Positions 20,307 to 29,642 of a stretch of DNA of 56,988 nucleotides are shown here, in pieces. The notes under the pieces were generated by a model that saw nothing but the letters and a program-made list of their open reading frames with translations, did no database searches and was not told where the DNA came from. The position numbers and the translations under genes were made by a program. Each line of letters opens with the position of its first letter. Position 1 is the stretch's first letter. The DNA lies in assembly GCA_030390025.1 (NCBI GenBank), contig JASTWF010000322.1:496001-552988 (forward strand), read 5' to 3'. This stretch comes from Squalus acanthias. Lineage: Eukaryota.

Positions 20307-22118
20307 ATGGCGACCGCGGCAGGACACTGGCAGCGAGAGGGTAGTGTGTTAGATTTTGGAATGACTGTACGAAATGTGATGCAGGAAAAGATAGCGGATT
20401 ACGTATTTGGAAAGGTTAATCTAACGAAAAAGTGGATAAGCGAATTGTTAGCGGATAAGAGCCCACTAGAGGCAGCTGAAAGGTGGACGGATAGTAAGGA
20501 GCATAAAAAGGCAGTTGAGAAAGCAGTCTGGCTTATGTGCTACAAAAGGCAGGTTCAGATTTCAAACCAGACCAATACAGCGCTAACCGCTCGAATCAAG
20601 CAGTTAGAGGAGGAAATGGAGGAGAAGGTTTCTGGAGGGGAGGCGCTCATTAAGAGTTTAAATGAGTTACGCCAGGAAAGCCAGGAAGTCTCCAGTTACC
20701 TTAAAACAAGGGTAGAGTATCTCGAGTGCCAGATCACTGAAGCAAAATTAAACGAGAGTAGGATGAAGGAAAGATGTAACCGTCAAGCTGCCCAGATAAG
20801 AACTCAAGAAGAGAGCTTAATGGGGGTTAGGTCGGCGTATAAGTTGGCCCTTGAGGATAAGTTTCAGGGAGCCGACCATAGCGCCTGCGAAAAAGAGATA
20901 GAGAGCCTCAAAAAGGCCGTGAATAATGCGAACGGCATGGTGTGCCTTATTAATCCGTCGGCCCGCCAGCCGCTAGTAACTGAGAGATTTAGAAATTCCC
21001 CACCAAGTAAAGCAGAAGAAGTAGTAGCCAGTGCGCCCTCCGCGCCACCCAGCTATTCAGAAACCTGGGTTAGGGAGGAAGCAACGGAAGAAGCAAAAGA
21101 GCCCGTTGAAAAGGAGGTAGAAAAGGGATCGTTGTATCCAGTAACGGGGATTAAAAGGGGCCCAAGCAGAAACGGTGGGGAAGAACCGGGGGATCTCCTC
21201 GGACAGCTGGTGTTGCCTCACAGTTCACATCAGCTGAGGGCCATGATAAACCACGTAAGGAAGCTGACCGAGATAGACGACCCTTCCGTACATTTCAGGG
21301 AAGTTGAGCAAGCCGCAGCCATCAACGGCTGCGATGATGGGGAGACAGCAAAAATGCTGCTGTTCTCATTAGATAGCTCGGTCCTTCAGTGTCTCTCAGG
21401 CGATAGCAAGAGGGGTAATAAAAGTTATGAGGAATTGAAAAATGAGGTCCTAGAAGTAGTGGGAGCGAACGACGGAGGTCCGTTTGCTAGAGTGGGACAG
21501 ACAGTGCAGATGGAGGGAGAACCCCCGAAGGTTTTTGCCGACAGGCTGTGGCCAGTATATGAGCGCAGCTGTCTAGGTGCGCCCGAGCGCGAAGATGTGG
21601 AAGGCGCCGCTTTAATTCATTGGCTTAGGTGCATAATAGCCAACAGTTTACCAGCCGTTAGAGAGCAGGCAAAAGCCTGGTTCGATCCCAATGACCTCAA
21701 CCTTACGGAAGAGTCGGTCTTGAATCGACTCACGTTAGGTTACCGTAACATAAGGGGTATGACGACACGTCCCTTTAAGGGAAGAGTACATGAGGTACGA
21801 CCCGCAGCCCCGACTCAAAGAGAGTGGCATCAGGAGGGTAATCGCGCCCCACAGGCAAGTAATGCCTGTTACGGGTGTGGGAAGACAGGGCACTGGCGCA
21901 AGCACTGCAGGAACCCTTGGAAGGATTCCAAGGATAAAAATCCCGCGGTCCGAGCCCAGGCGCCTGTCCCGGCTAAGGAAGCAAAGGCACCCACCTCTCC
22001 CGAAGACCTCGAAGCAGTGTTAGGAGTCATGCGCAAGATGGTTTTGAATGCGCGTGGACAGGTGGCGGTCGCAACCGGCCCCGTAGGTGCCGCAGGACCG
22101 TCTAATAGTGCCCCATGA
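20307..22118 (+). CDS. gag: Gag polyprotein (603 aa)
   Basis: N-terminal coiled coil, PSAPPSY late motif, MHR-like QMEGEPPKVFADRL, single CCHC knuckle CYGCGKTGHWRKHC. Confidence 0.92.
   Translation: MATAAGHWQREGSVLDFGMTVRNVMQEKIADYVFGKVNLTKKWISELLADKSPLEAAERWTDSKEHKKAVEKAVWLMCYKRQVQISNQTNTALTARIKQLEEEMEEKVSGGEALIKSLNELRQESQEVSSYLKTRVEYLECQITEAKLNESRMKERCNRQAAQIRTQEESLMGVRSAYKLALEDKFQGADHSACEKEIESLKKAVNNANGMVCLINPSARQPLVTERFRNSPPSKAEEVVASAPSAPPSYSETWVREEATEEAKEPVEKEVEKGSLYPVTGIKRGPSRNGGEEPGDLLGQLVLPHSSHQLRAMINHVRKLTEIDDPSVHFREVEQAAAINGCDDGETAKMLLFSLDSSVLQCLSGDSKRGNKSYEELKNEVLEVVGANDGGPFARVGQTVQMEGEPPKVFADRLWPVYERSCLGAPEREDVEGAALIHWLRCIIANSLPAVREQAKAWFDPNDLNLTEESVLNRLTLGYRNIRGMTTRPFKGRVHEVRPAAPTQREWHQEGNRAPQASNACYGCGKTGHWRKHCRNPWKDSKDKNPAVRAQAPVPAKEAKAPTSPEDLEAVLGVMRKMVLNARGQVAVATGPVGAAGPSNSAP
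20308..20325 (+). other. Primer-binding site, tRNA-Arg(TCG)
   Basis: TGGCGACCGCGGCAGGAC is the reverse complement of GTCCTGCCGCGGTCG-CCA, the 3' end of vertebrate tRNA-Arg(UCG) as recalled. Confidence 0.85.
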
Positions 22119-25100
22119 CTAGAACCAGCACAGCCCGTCTACCTGTGTCCGCTCAGCTATGATGCGTGGAGGCGACCTGTGGTGGAGATGGAGGTAGAGA
22201 AACAAAAGGGCAGTTATTTGTTGGATACGGGAGCTTCTTGCACCATAATCCATACAGATGACCCTTTTGACTCGCCGCTATCTACCAAGGTCCCATTCAC
22301 GCTAGCAGGGTTCACGGGGAAAGAACAGGCTGGCACGTTTTCCCTCCCGTTATCCATTCGGTTAGGAACACTTCGCCTTAAGTGGAAGTGTATACTGATG
22401 GCATGGCAAAAGGGGGGTGGAAGAGGTATTCTCGGGTCCGATCTGCTAGCGGGACACGGGATCCTCGTGGACCTCAGAAATCACTGTCTCTGGGGGGCTA
22501 AAGGTGAAAAAGGCGAGGTAATGGTGATTCAAGGGGAGGAAGAAACAGGGGTCCTGTGTACCGTACAGCCATCCGGAGGCTACGACCTCAGGCTTATGGT
22601 CGCAGATGTCCCAACGGACATGCAAACGTACGTGACAGATAATATGCACGCGTTTGCAACCCACAAGCACGATTGTGGGAGGGTGGTCGGGTTTGAGGTC
22701 AGCGTAGATGGGGACCCCATGACCCGACCCCAAAAGCAGTATAACTTCCCCAAAGAAGCAGAACCCGATATGGAGGCAGCAATGTCTTCCTTGGTGCAGC
22801 AGGGCGTGTTGAGGCCGATAGCCACACACGTGAACTCCCCATTATGGCCGGTTAGGAAGCCGGATAATTCGTGGAGAGCCACGGTGGACTACAGAGTCCT
22901 TAACAGTAACATCCCCGCCTGCGCGCCCACAGTAGCAGCAGTTGCTGACCTAATAGGGAGCATCCCAGCGTCCGCGACCACGTTCACGGTGCTGGATATC
23001 TCGAACGGTTTTTGGTCCATCCCGCTGCGGCGAGAGGACCAGTACAAGTTTGCCTTTACGTTTAAAGGGCAACAGTACACGTGGAACTGCTTGCCACAAG
23101 GTTTCCACAATAGCCCCAGTATTTTTCACCAGTGTATGGCAGGAAGCTTAAAGGAGTTTAGTCAGCCCAATCAGATAGTACAGTATGTGGATGATTTGCT
23201 CCTATTTACGGACTCAAGGGAGGAGCACGGACCACTACTGGACGAGTTATTGGAGCTGTTAGCGAGAAAGGGTTTTAAAGTAAACCCAAAGAAAGCACGT
23301 ATCGGTCAGCAGGAAGTAAAATTCCTGGGACTGACCCTACGCGCTGGGGAAAGAGCCATAGACAAAGCAAGGAGGGAGTCGGTGCAAGAATTACCGATTC
23401 CCAACAACGTAAGGGGTGTGAGGTCCTTCTTGGGACTGACCGGTTACTGCAGGGATTTTATCGAGGATTATGCGGCCACAGCGGCGCCGCTCCTCCGACT
23501 CCTCCATAAGGGAGTAGAGTGGCTTTGGGACGAGGGCTGCCAAGCAGCCTTCGAGAAGTTAAAAAGGGATCTGCAGACCGCGCCAGCCTTAGGGGCCATA
23601 GATGGGGGGAAGGAGTTTTTCCTGGAGGTAGCTGCCAGCGGAGACAGCTTAAGCGCCGTGCTGCTCCAAGAGCGTCACGGCAAGCTGAGGCCGGTTGTCT
23701 ATTCATCCAGGGTATTAACGGATGTGGAGAGAAGTTTTTCCAATTGCGAAAGGCACCTTTTAGCCACGCATTGGGCTGTGAAAAGATCAGCGATCTTCAC
23801 AGGGCTCTCTCCCATCACTCTCCTCACACATCACACACCAACTAAGATGCTTCTGGATGGGAGGATTAAAGACGGGACCGTAAGCAGCGCACGCATTGCG
23901 CGTTGGACCCTTCTTCTCTCCCAGTTGGACATCAGAGTAAAAGGTCTTTGCGAGCCCAGGCTTGCGGCCAATTTGGTATACCCCGGTACAGCCCACCGGT
24001 GTTCGGTGGAAGGGGTGTGGGACGTCAACATAGGTTTACGGGCCGGGATACATCCCACTGGGCGCGAGATTTATGTTGATGGGTCTAGCACAGTATCTGC
24101 TGGCGAGCGACTCACAGGGTGTGGAGTTTATGACCCTGCGGCAGACCTTGCCCTGGCGATCAAGCTCCCTAGCACCATGAGCGCGCAGCAGGCTGAGCTG
24201 TCTGCCGTGGTGTACGTGGTAACCCACCCAGACATTTTCCCAACCCCATACACGATTTGCTCGGACAGTATGTTCACCTGCAATTCGTGTACGGAATACC
24301 TGGCCATTTGGTCCCGCCGTGGATACACCTCCGCGGACGGGCGACCTTTAACGGTAAAGCCCTTGCTGGAGAAGATCTTAGCAGCAGCAGTAGGGGAGGA
24401 AGGGGAGATTTTCATCCATAAGGTGAAAGCTCACTCCTCCACAGAGCCCCGTGGGGAGGGCAACCGGCAGGCGGATGCGCTAGCCAGGGAGGGTGCCCGC
24501 GACGGTACTTTCTGGAACCCCTATAGAACCGGACCCATAGCAGCGGTCCGAGGCGGGGACGGGAATACCGGGAACACCAGGGTAGCATTGCCCCTAGACC
24601 TTAAGACCGTCCAAGCCCAGGATCCCGCCCTAAAAGCAGTCCTAAAAACGATTGCTGAGGGGAGGCAGGTAGAAGGTCCGTACAGTACGGCAACCCTCTC
24701 AGTTAAGGAAGGCATGCTGTTCCGCGAGGAGCAGTGGGTTGTGCCGCAGCAGCACAGGAGGGAATTCCTCCAGTTGGCTCACGAGGGACCAGGGGCAGGG
24801 CACCCCGGGCCCGAGGTTACCTGGCAACGGGTAGAGCAAGCGGGATGGTGGCCAGGGCTCAGGGAACAAGTCCGCGAGTTCTGTGCAAACTGTCTTGTGT
24901 GCGCTGCAAATAACCCAGACCCCCAGAAAAGGAAGGTGCCCATGGGACACGTAAGAAGGGTAGAGGGACCATGGCAGTCGATACAGATCGACTATATAGG
25001 ACCCCTGCCCACCACCCAGGGAGGTTATAAGTACTGCCTCGTCCTGGTGGATGTGTTTTCCAAGTGGGTGGAAGCCTTCCCTTGTCGAACAGCTACGGCA

Positions 25101-26621
25101 CTGGGTACTGCAAAAATCTTGGTCCGGGAAGTGTTCTCGCGGTGGGGACTCCCCCGTTTTGTGGAGTCAGACCAAGGGAGTCATTTCACCGGCCAGGTGA
25201 TGCAGAACACCCTCATGCTTTTGGGCATTGAAGGGAAGTGGCACGTAGCACACAATCCCCAGTCATCCGGGATTGTTGAGCGTATGAACCGGACCCTGAA
25301 GGAGAAATTGAGGAAAGAGACTAGGAACTCGCCCCAAAAATGGGCGGAAGTTCTGCCTTTAGTCCTCATGGGGGTCCGGGCCAGTCAGTCAAAAAGTACG
25401 GGGTACTCCCCGCACGAGGTAATGACCGGCAGGCTCATGCGAACCCCCACCCATGTGCTAGCCCCGGTGCTCACTGAGGGTCAGCTTCAAGAGATCAGCA
25501 GGGACAAGTTCGCCCAAACTCTCTTGGAGCGCCTGAAGCAAGTTTATGAGCAGGCGGCTGGGAACATGGGAAGGCAGCACCAGGGCAATCGCTTGTTGCT
25601 GGAACCCCGCAAAACGCGGGAGTGGGAAGTAGGAGACCAGGTCATGGTCAGAAACTACGCCAGAGTAGGGAGTCTGGAACCACTGTATATGGGACCCTAC
25701 AACATTGTAGACAAGGCAAGTCCCATGGTTTACGCCGTAAAAGTACCTCGGCGCACTAAGTGGTTCCACATAAACCAATGTAAACTGTACCAGCCGGGTG
25801 CGCAAGGGAAAACTACAGGGGTAAATCCCGCCAATGGGAAAACACAGCCCCAGGTAGGACCACAAGGCACACAGGCAGGCGTAGCAGCTTGCATCAGGGG
25901 AAGGGACATCCCGGACGATCATGCAGCGTTTTTCTGGAGTTGGGGGTTAGATGACGAGGACCCCAGGGTACCCTGGTCAGATGAGGATAGTGCAGATGAG
26001 CATAGTGATGATGACGGGTGGTTTCAGAGGAACGGTCTGGGAGGATTGGGGCCGCTAGGTAGAGATCCATACGGGGTGGACACACAAGCTGCAGGTCCCG
26101 ACAGCAGGAGGAAGGAGCTAGAGGAGGCCGGGCCAGCCGCTATGTGGTTCCCAGAGGTGTGGCCGCCCGCTTTGAACGTCCAGTCCTCAGGGGAGGCAGA
26201 GTTCGCGAGTGAAGGGCCGCCTGCTGGGCCGAGCAGGGCGGGGCCCCGAACTGCCAGCCCCGAGGTTAGGGAGGCGGAGTCAGCGGAGGCGGGGCTGGCG
26301 CCTGTGATGGAACCCCAGGTCATCCCGTTGAAGGTCTCGGGACCCGGTCCGTCCGTCACGGAGCCCCCGCCCATAGCAATTCCCCGTAGGTCAAGCAGAG
26401 TACCCCAGCCCAGGAAGATGTGGTCAGGTCCACAGGCTGCCCCAGGGCGTAAGTTTCAGGTTAAGATAACCCGGGTAGAGACAGGCCACATCGAAGCAGT
26501 AACAGGCTGCGGCAGATCAGAGGAAAGGGTCAGCGCAGCAACAGGCTGCGGCAGATCAGAGGGAAGGGTCAGTGCCCTCCCACCGTCGGGAAGAGCTCGC
26601 AGCAGCCTTCTCAGGATTTAA
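22119..26621 (+). CDS. pol: Pol (PR-RT-degenerate RNase H/tether-RNase H-IN plus C-terminal extension), in frame with gag
   Basis: LLDTGAS; LPQGFHNSP and YVDD; FLEVAAS...ERHLLA...LLTHH (degenerate RH); IYVDGSS...AELSA...SDS...HKVKAH...NRQADALA (RH); H-H-CLVC zinc motif; IDYIG/SDQGSHF/VERMN; GPY motif. The frame is open from the gag stop onward. Confidence 0.95.
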   Translation, partial: LEPAQPVYLCPLSYDAWRRPVVEMEVEKQKGSYLLDTGASCTIIHTDDPFDSPLSTKVPFTLAGFTGKEQAGTFSLPLSIRLGTLRLKWKCILMAWQKGGGRGILGSDLLAGHGILVDLRNHCLWGAKGEKGEVMVIQGEEETGVLCTVQPSGGYDLRLMVADVPTDMQTYVTDNMHAFATHKHDCGRVVGFEVSVDGDPMTRPQKQYNFPKEAEPDMEAAMSSLVQQGVLRPIATHVNSPLWPVRKPDNSWRATVDYRVLNSNIPACAPTVAAVADLIGSIPASATTFTVLDISNGFWSIPLRREDQYKFAFTFKGQQYTWNCLPQGFHNSPSIFHQCMAGSLKEFSQPNQIVQYVDDLLLFTDSREEHGPLLDELLELLARKGFKVNPKKARIGQQEVKFLGLTLRAGERAIDKARRESVQELPIPNNVRGVRSFLGLTGYCRDFIEDYAATAAPLLRLLHKGVEWLWDEGCQAAFEKLKRDLQTAPALGAIDGGKEFFLEVAASGDSLSAVLLQERHGKLRPVVYSSRVLTDVERSFSNCERHLLATHWAVKRSAIFTGLSPITLLTHHTPTKMLLDGRIKDGTVSSARIARWTLLLSQLDIRVKGLCEPRLAANLVYPGTAHRCSVEGVWDVNIGLRAGIHPTGREIYVDGSSTVSAGERLTGCGVYDPAADLALAIKLPSTMSAQQAELSAVVYVVTHPDIFPTPYTICSDSMFTCNSCTEYLAIWSRRGYTSADGRPLTVKPLLEKILAAAVGEEGEIFIHKVKAHSSTEPRGEGNRQADALAREGARDGTFWNPYRTGPIAAVRGGDGNTGNTRVALPLDLKTVQAQDPALKAVLKTIAEGRQVEGPYSTATLSVKEGMLFREEQWVVPQQHRREFLQLAHEGPGAGHPGPEVTWQRVEQAGWWPGLREQVREFCANCLVCAANNPDPQKRKVPMGHVRRVEGPWQSIQIDYIGPLPTTQGGYKYCLVLVDVFSKWVEAFPCRTATALGTAKILVREVFSRWGLPRFVESDQGSHFTGQVMQNTLMLLGIEGKWHVAHNPQSSGIVERMNRTLKEKLRKETRNSPQKWAEVLPLVLMGVRASQSKSTGYSPHEVMTGRLMRTPTHVLAPVLTEGQLQEISRDKFAQTLLERLKQVYEQAAGNMGRQHQGNRLLLEPRKTREWEVGDQVMVRNYARVGSLEPLYMGPYNIVDKASPMVYAVKVPRRTKWFHINQCKLYQPGAQGKTTGVNPANGKTQPQVGPQGTQAGVAACIRGRDIPDDHAAFFWSWGLDDEDPRVPWSDEDSADEHSDDDGWFQRNGLGGLGPLGRDPYGVDTQAAGPDSRRKELEEAGPAAMWFPEVWPPALNVQSSGEAEFASEGPPAGPSRAGPRTASPEVREAESAEAGLAPVMEPQVIPLKVSGPGPSVTEPPPIAIPRRSSRVPQPRKMWSGPQAAPGRKFQVKITRVETGHIEAVTGCGRSEERVSAATGCGRSEGRVSALPPSGRARSSLLRI

Positions 26622-26905
26622 AGGGGCCGCCCTGAGAACGGGCGGCATTGTAAAGTTATTAGTTTAAGGTGATAAGTATTAGTTTAAAGTTTTAAGTAGT
26701 TTTAATAAGGTTAAGTTTGTAGTGTTTTTAACAGATGACGACATAATGATGGGAGTTTTAAGGCTAGGTTTAGAGGAAGTCTATTTAGCAAACGTTGAAG
26801 TTTACGTGAGGCGAGGTCAGGGGACCCGCTCACCCTTCACAAAAGCCAGAGACTTTTTGCGAGGCTGGCTACCTCATTCTATCTGATCACAGGAACCAAG
26901 GAAGG

Positions 26906-29257
26906 ATGGAACGACTTCTAGTTTTGCTCGTGGCAATCGGATGTGGATTGGCCTATCGGGGCCTCACCAAGGATGTCGTGGTGTTTGGATGTTCCGGGGA
27001 CACGGCCCCCATCGCGGTGGATGGGACCGGAAGACGGAAGGCAGAAGGGACCAGCACCTATTTCCACAAGGGAAGGTGGCCAGGATGGCTGGGAACGAAC
27101 TCAACGGAGTATTCCAGCACATCGGGGTTCGCCTACAGAGAGACTTCTTTAATGTGCCCCAAAGTACGGATCATCGCACCCAGGATCAGCGTCACCGTCG
27201 GCAAACGGATTTGTTTGACCTGCAGTGGGAATGTCCCATTGAGCCGATGGTGGTGGCTGCGAAAGCTGAGCAAAACTATGAGGAACTCTTCGGTTGAGTG
27301 GGAGCGACTGGGTAATAATACCCATCGGACAATTACGGGGACAGATGGACAAGTGAAAGTCTGTTGGGACAAATGGTGGGAACCGGATGAGGGGATTTAT
27401 GTTTGTATGTGGGGGTCAAAGTACGTTTGCCCCAAAGGCATCTCCATATTCTTTATTAACCAGTGGCAGGATAACGGACAGGGGATGAGGTGGGATGCGA
27501 GCACCAGGGGGTGCGGAGCCCCATACTCTCCGATCCCAGTAAATGCCACTGAGCTCATTACGCGCCCACGCAAAGCCCCGCCCACGATTCCGGTAGTTCT
27601 AACTGAGGAAGAAGGGTGCCCTAAAACTAGTAAGGGACCCGGGAACGGTTTGGTACTGGTCCCCACAGACCAGATACTATTTCAGGGAGTGCATTACGCG
27701 GTGGCCTCGGTGATTTTAAATCTCACTGAGGTACGGTTACCAGAGTGGTGCCCCAAAAAGACGGAACAGTTGTACCAGGTCCTGTTGACCAAGATGTTCA
27801 GGCAATTTTACGAGTTTGATTTTGCAGAAATTGATAAGACAAGTTTATACACCGCACCGCAGGAAGTTTTGGACCAAGTAGGGAGGCAAAGAAGGGGTTT
27901 GGTGAACGATGCGTTCACTGCTTTTAATACAGGGACATCTGTGGTCAACGCTCTAGACAGTGTGGAGCTGCAGACCCAGATTAATGGTTTAAAAACACAG
28001 TTAAAGGATATTCTTACAGATGAGAATAAAGTGGTAGGGTCGGGTCTGCACGAGGACCAAGCCATGACACTACACTTAAAGGAAATCATAGCAGAGCTGG
28101 AGAAACATGCGCGTACGGTAAATGCCCTGATTAGGGAAGATCGGAATGCATCCGATCAGGCTGCGCAGAACGAGGTGTGCGTGCTTTACGGGGCGTGGTT
28201 ACTGGGCGAGTTCCGCAGTAATTTGGAGGATTTAAAACAAGGTTTGGTCCCGTCCTGGATAAGTAACAAACACCTGCGGGCGCTCCACCCTTTTCAGAAC
28301 GCATTAAGTCCGTGCCAGCTCAGGCTAGCTTCAGAAGCTTACCCAGTCCCCGTGGACTGCGGACGTTCAAACCATACTATTATGGGAATAGTATTACGCA
28401 TGCCGGTTTTGGGCAACACAGCAAAGCCCGCCCCGGTGTATCGGGTAGAGAACATTGGTGTCATTCAGGGGGGAGCCCACATTCGTTATGCAGCGGTTCC
28501 ACCTTACGTCATCCGCTGGGAGCAAACGATGACAGGTACAGATCTCTCTGGTTGTCGTGGCAGGGGAGCACACATAATACTGTGCCCCCAGCACTTGAAT
28601 GCCTTTTTAACACCACAGTGCGGGTTCAGAACGGCTGGCGCCAAGTCCATGAATTGCACCATGGAGGCAATGGCACAAGATCATGTGCCTCCGCAGGTAG
28701 CATACATCGGGGGTGGAACATATTGTGTTACCACTGCAGCGCAACACTACCAGCATGGAAACCGTAGCCGGTGTCCGGTGAGTGACAGCAGTTTCTGTTT
28801 TAAACCCAGGGCTGAAGTTCAAGTAGCACAACAGCGAATTATCCCAATCCCTGAACCATCCACTGTTCATCTCACAGTAAAAGAGAATTTTACCGACTTG
28901 CAGCGATTTGTCACACATTTTGGGTACCTCATTCCCCCTCTCCCCGAGCATTTAACCAAACTTCTGAAAGCCGTCGCGGTGTCACAAAAGCATTTCTATA
29001 CATTAGAACAGAAAACCGTCGAGATAGGTACAGACATTTTGGACATAGTGGTTCCACCGTGGTGGAATCTGTTCACGAATATTGAAGTGCCCTCATGGGT
29101 CAGAATAGCCTCCCACATTTTAGTCGTCTGTCAAGTGTTTATTGTAGTATACCTTTTGTTCATACATTGTAAAAGAGACAAGCGCCTCACCAAGCATGAG
29201 AACACGGGAGAGTGGCGAGAACGTTACGTGCGCGTGCACGATGAGAGCGCAGTGTAA
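26906..29257 (+). CDS. env: Env glycoprotein (783 aa): signal peptide, Ig-like domain, furin site, F-protein-like fusion subunit, TM
   Basis: MERLLVLLVAIGCGLA signal; C106...W...DEGIYVC167; RQRR|GLVNDAF (aa 327-330); heptad repeat; Cys-rich block; TM IASHILVVCQVFIVVYLLFIHC; splice acceptor ctgatcacag at 26892. Confidence 0.9.
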   Translation: MERLLVLLVAIGCGLAYRGLTKDVVVFGCSGDTAPIAVDGTGRRKAEGTSTYFHKGRWPGWLGTNSTEYSSTSGFAYRETSLMCPKVRIIAPRISVTVGKRICLTCSGNVPLSRWWWLRKLSKTMRNSSVEWERLGNNTHRTITGTDGQVKVCWDKWWEPDEGIYVCMWGSKYVCPKGISIFFINQWQDNGQGMRWDASTRGCGAPYSPIPVNATELITRPRKAPPTIPVVLTEEEGCPKTSKGPGNGLVLVPTDQILFQGVHYAVASVILNLTEVRLPEWCPKKTEQLYQVLLTKMFRQFYEFDFAEIDKTSLYTAPQEVLDQVGRQRRGLVNDAFTAFNTGTSVVNALDSVELQTQINGLKTQLKDILTDENKVVGSGLHEDQAMTLHLKEIIAELEKHARTVNALIREDRNASDQAAQNEVCVLYGAWLLGEFRSNLEDLKQGLVPSWISNKHLRALHPFQNALSPCQLRLASEAYPVPVDCGRSNHTIMGIVLRMPVLGNTAKPAPVYRVENIGVIQGGAHIRYAAVPPYVIRWEQTMTGTDLSGCRGRGAHIILCPQHLNAFLTPQCGFRTAGAKSMNCTMEAMAQDHVPPQVAYIGGGTYCVTTAAQHYQHGNRSRCPVSDSSFCFKPRAEVQVAQQRIIPIPEPSTVHLTVKENFTDLQRFVTHFGYLIPPLPEHLTKLLKAVAVSQKHFYTLEQKTVEIGTDILDIVVPPWWNLFTNIEVPSWVRIASHILVVCQVFIVVYLLFIHCKRDKRLTKHENTGEWRERYVRVHDESAV

Positions 29258-29630
29258 TGGGAAAATGGCGTCACTCCCGCTCGCCACGTGCGCCGCGGAA
29301 GTTTGTACTCATTGTAAATACGTTGGAAACTCGACATGTTTAAGAGTTGGGTTTTGTTTTTCCTTCCCTTGAATAAAAGACAAATATACAGGTGATGCGT
29401 GAGGTATCGGCCTGGTTACGCCGGGAAGGAAAACAGGTGGTGTAAGTTTAAGGGCAAATGATGCCTACGGTGATATAAAATGTGATTTTTCTTGGGAAAT
29501 GAGGACGACACAGAGACCCTAGTGAAGTTAAAATTTATGGGATTAATTTACTGGATTCGGAGTGAAATCGAGATAAGATTGCTCACCACTGAGATTTTTT
29601 TTTGATACGATAAGCGGAGTTATTCGCATC

Positions 29631-29642
29631 AACAGGAGGGAC
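29631..29642 (+). other. Polypurine tract
   Basis: aacaggagggac immediately before the 3' LTR TG. Confidence 0.75.

Noticed and set aside
29258..29642. Accessory gene between env and the 3' LTR
   Set aside because: About 385 nt with no ORF of 60 aa or more; treated as 3' UTR.
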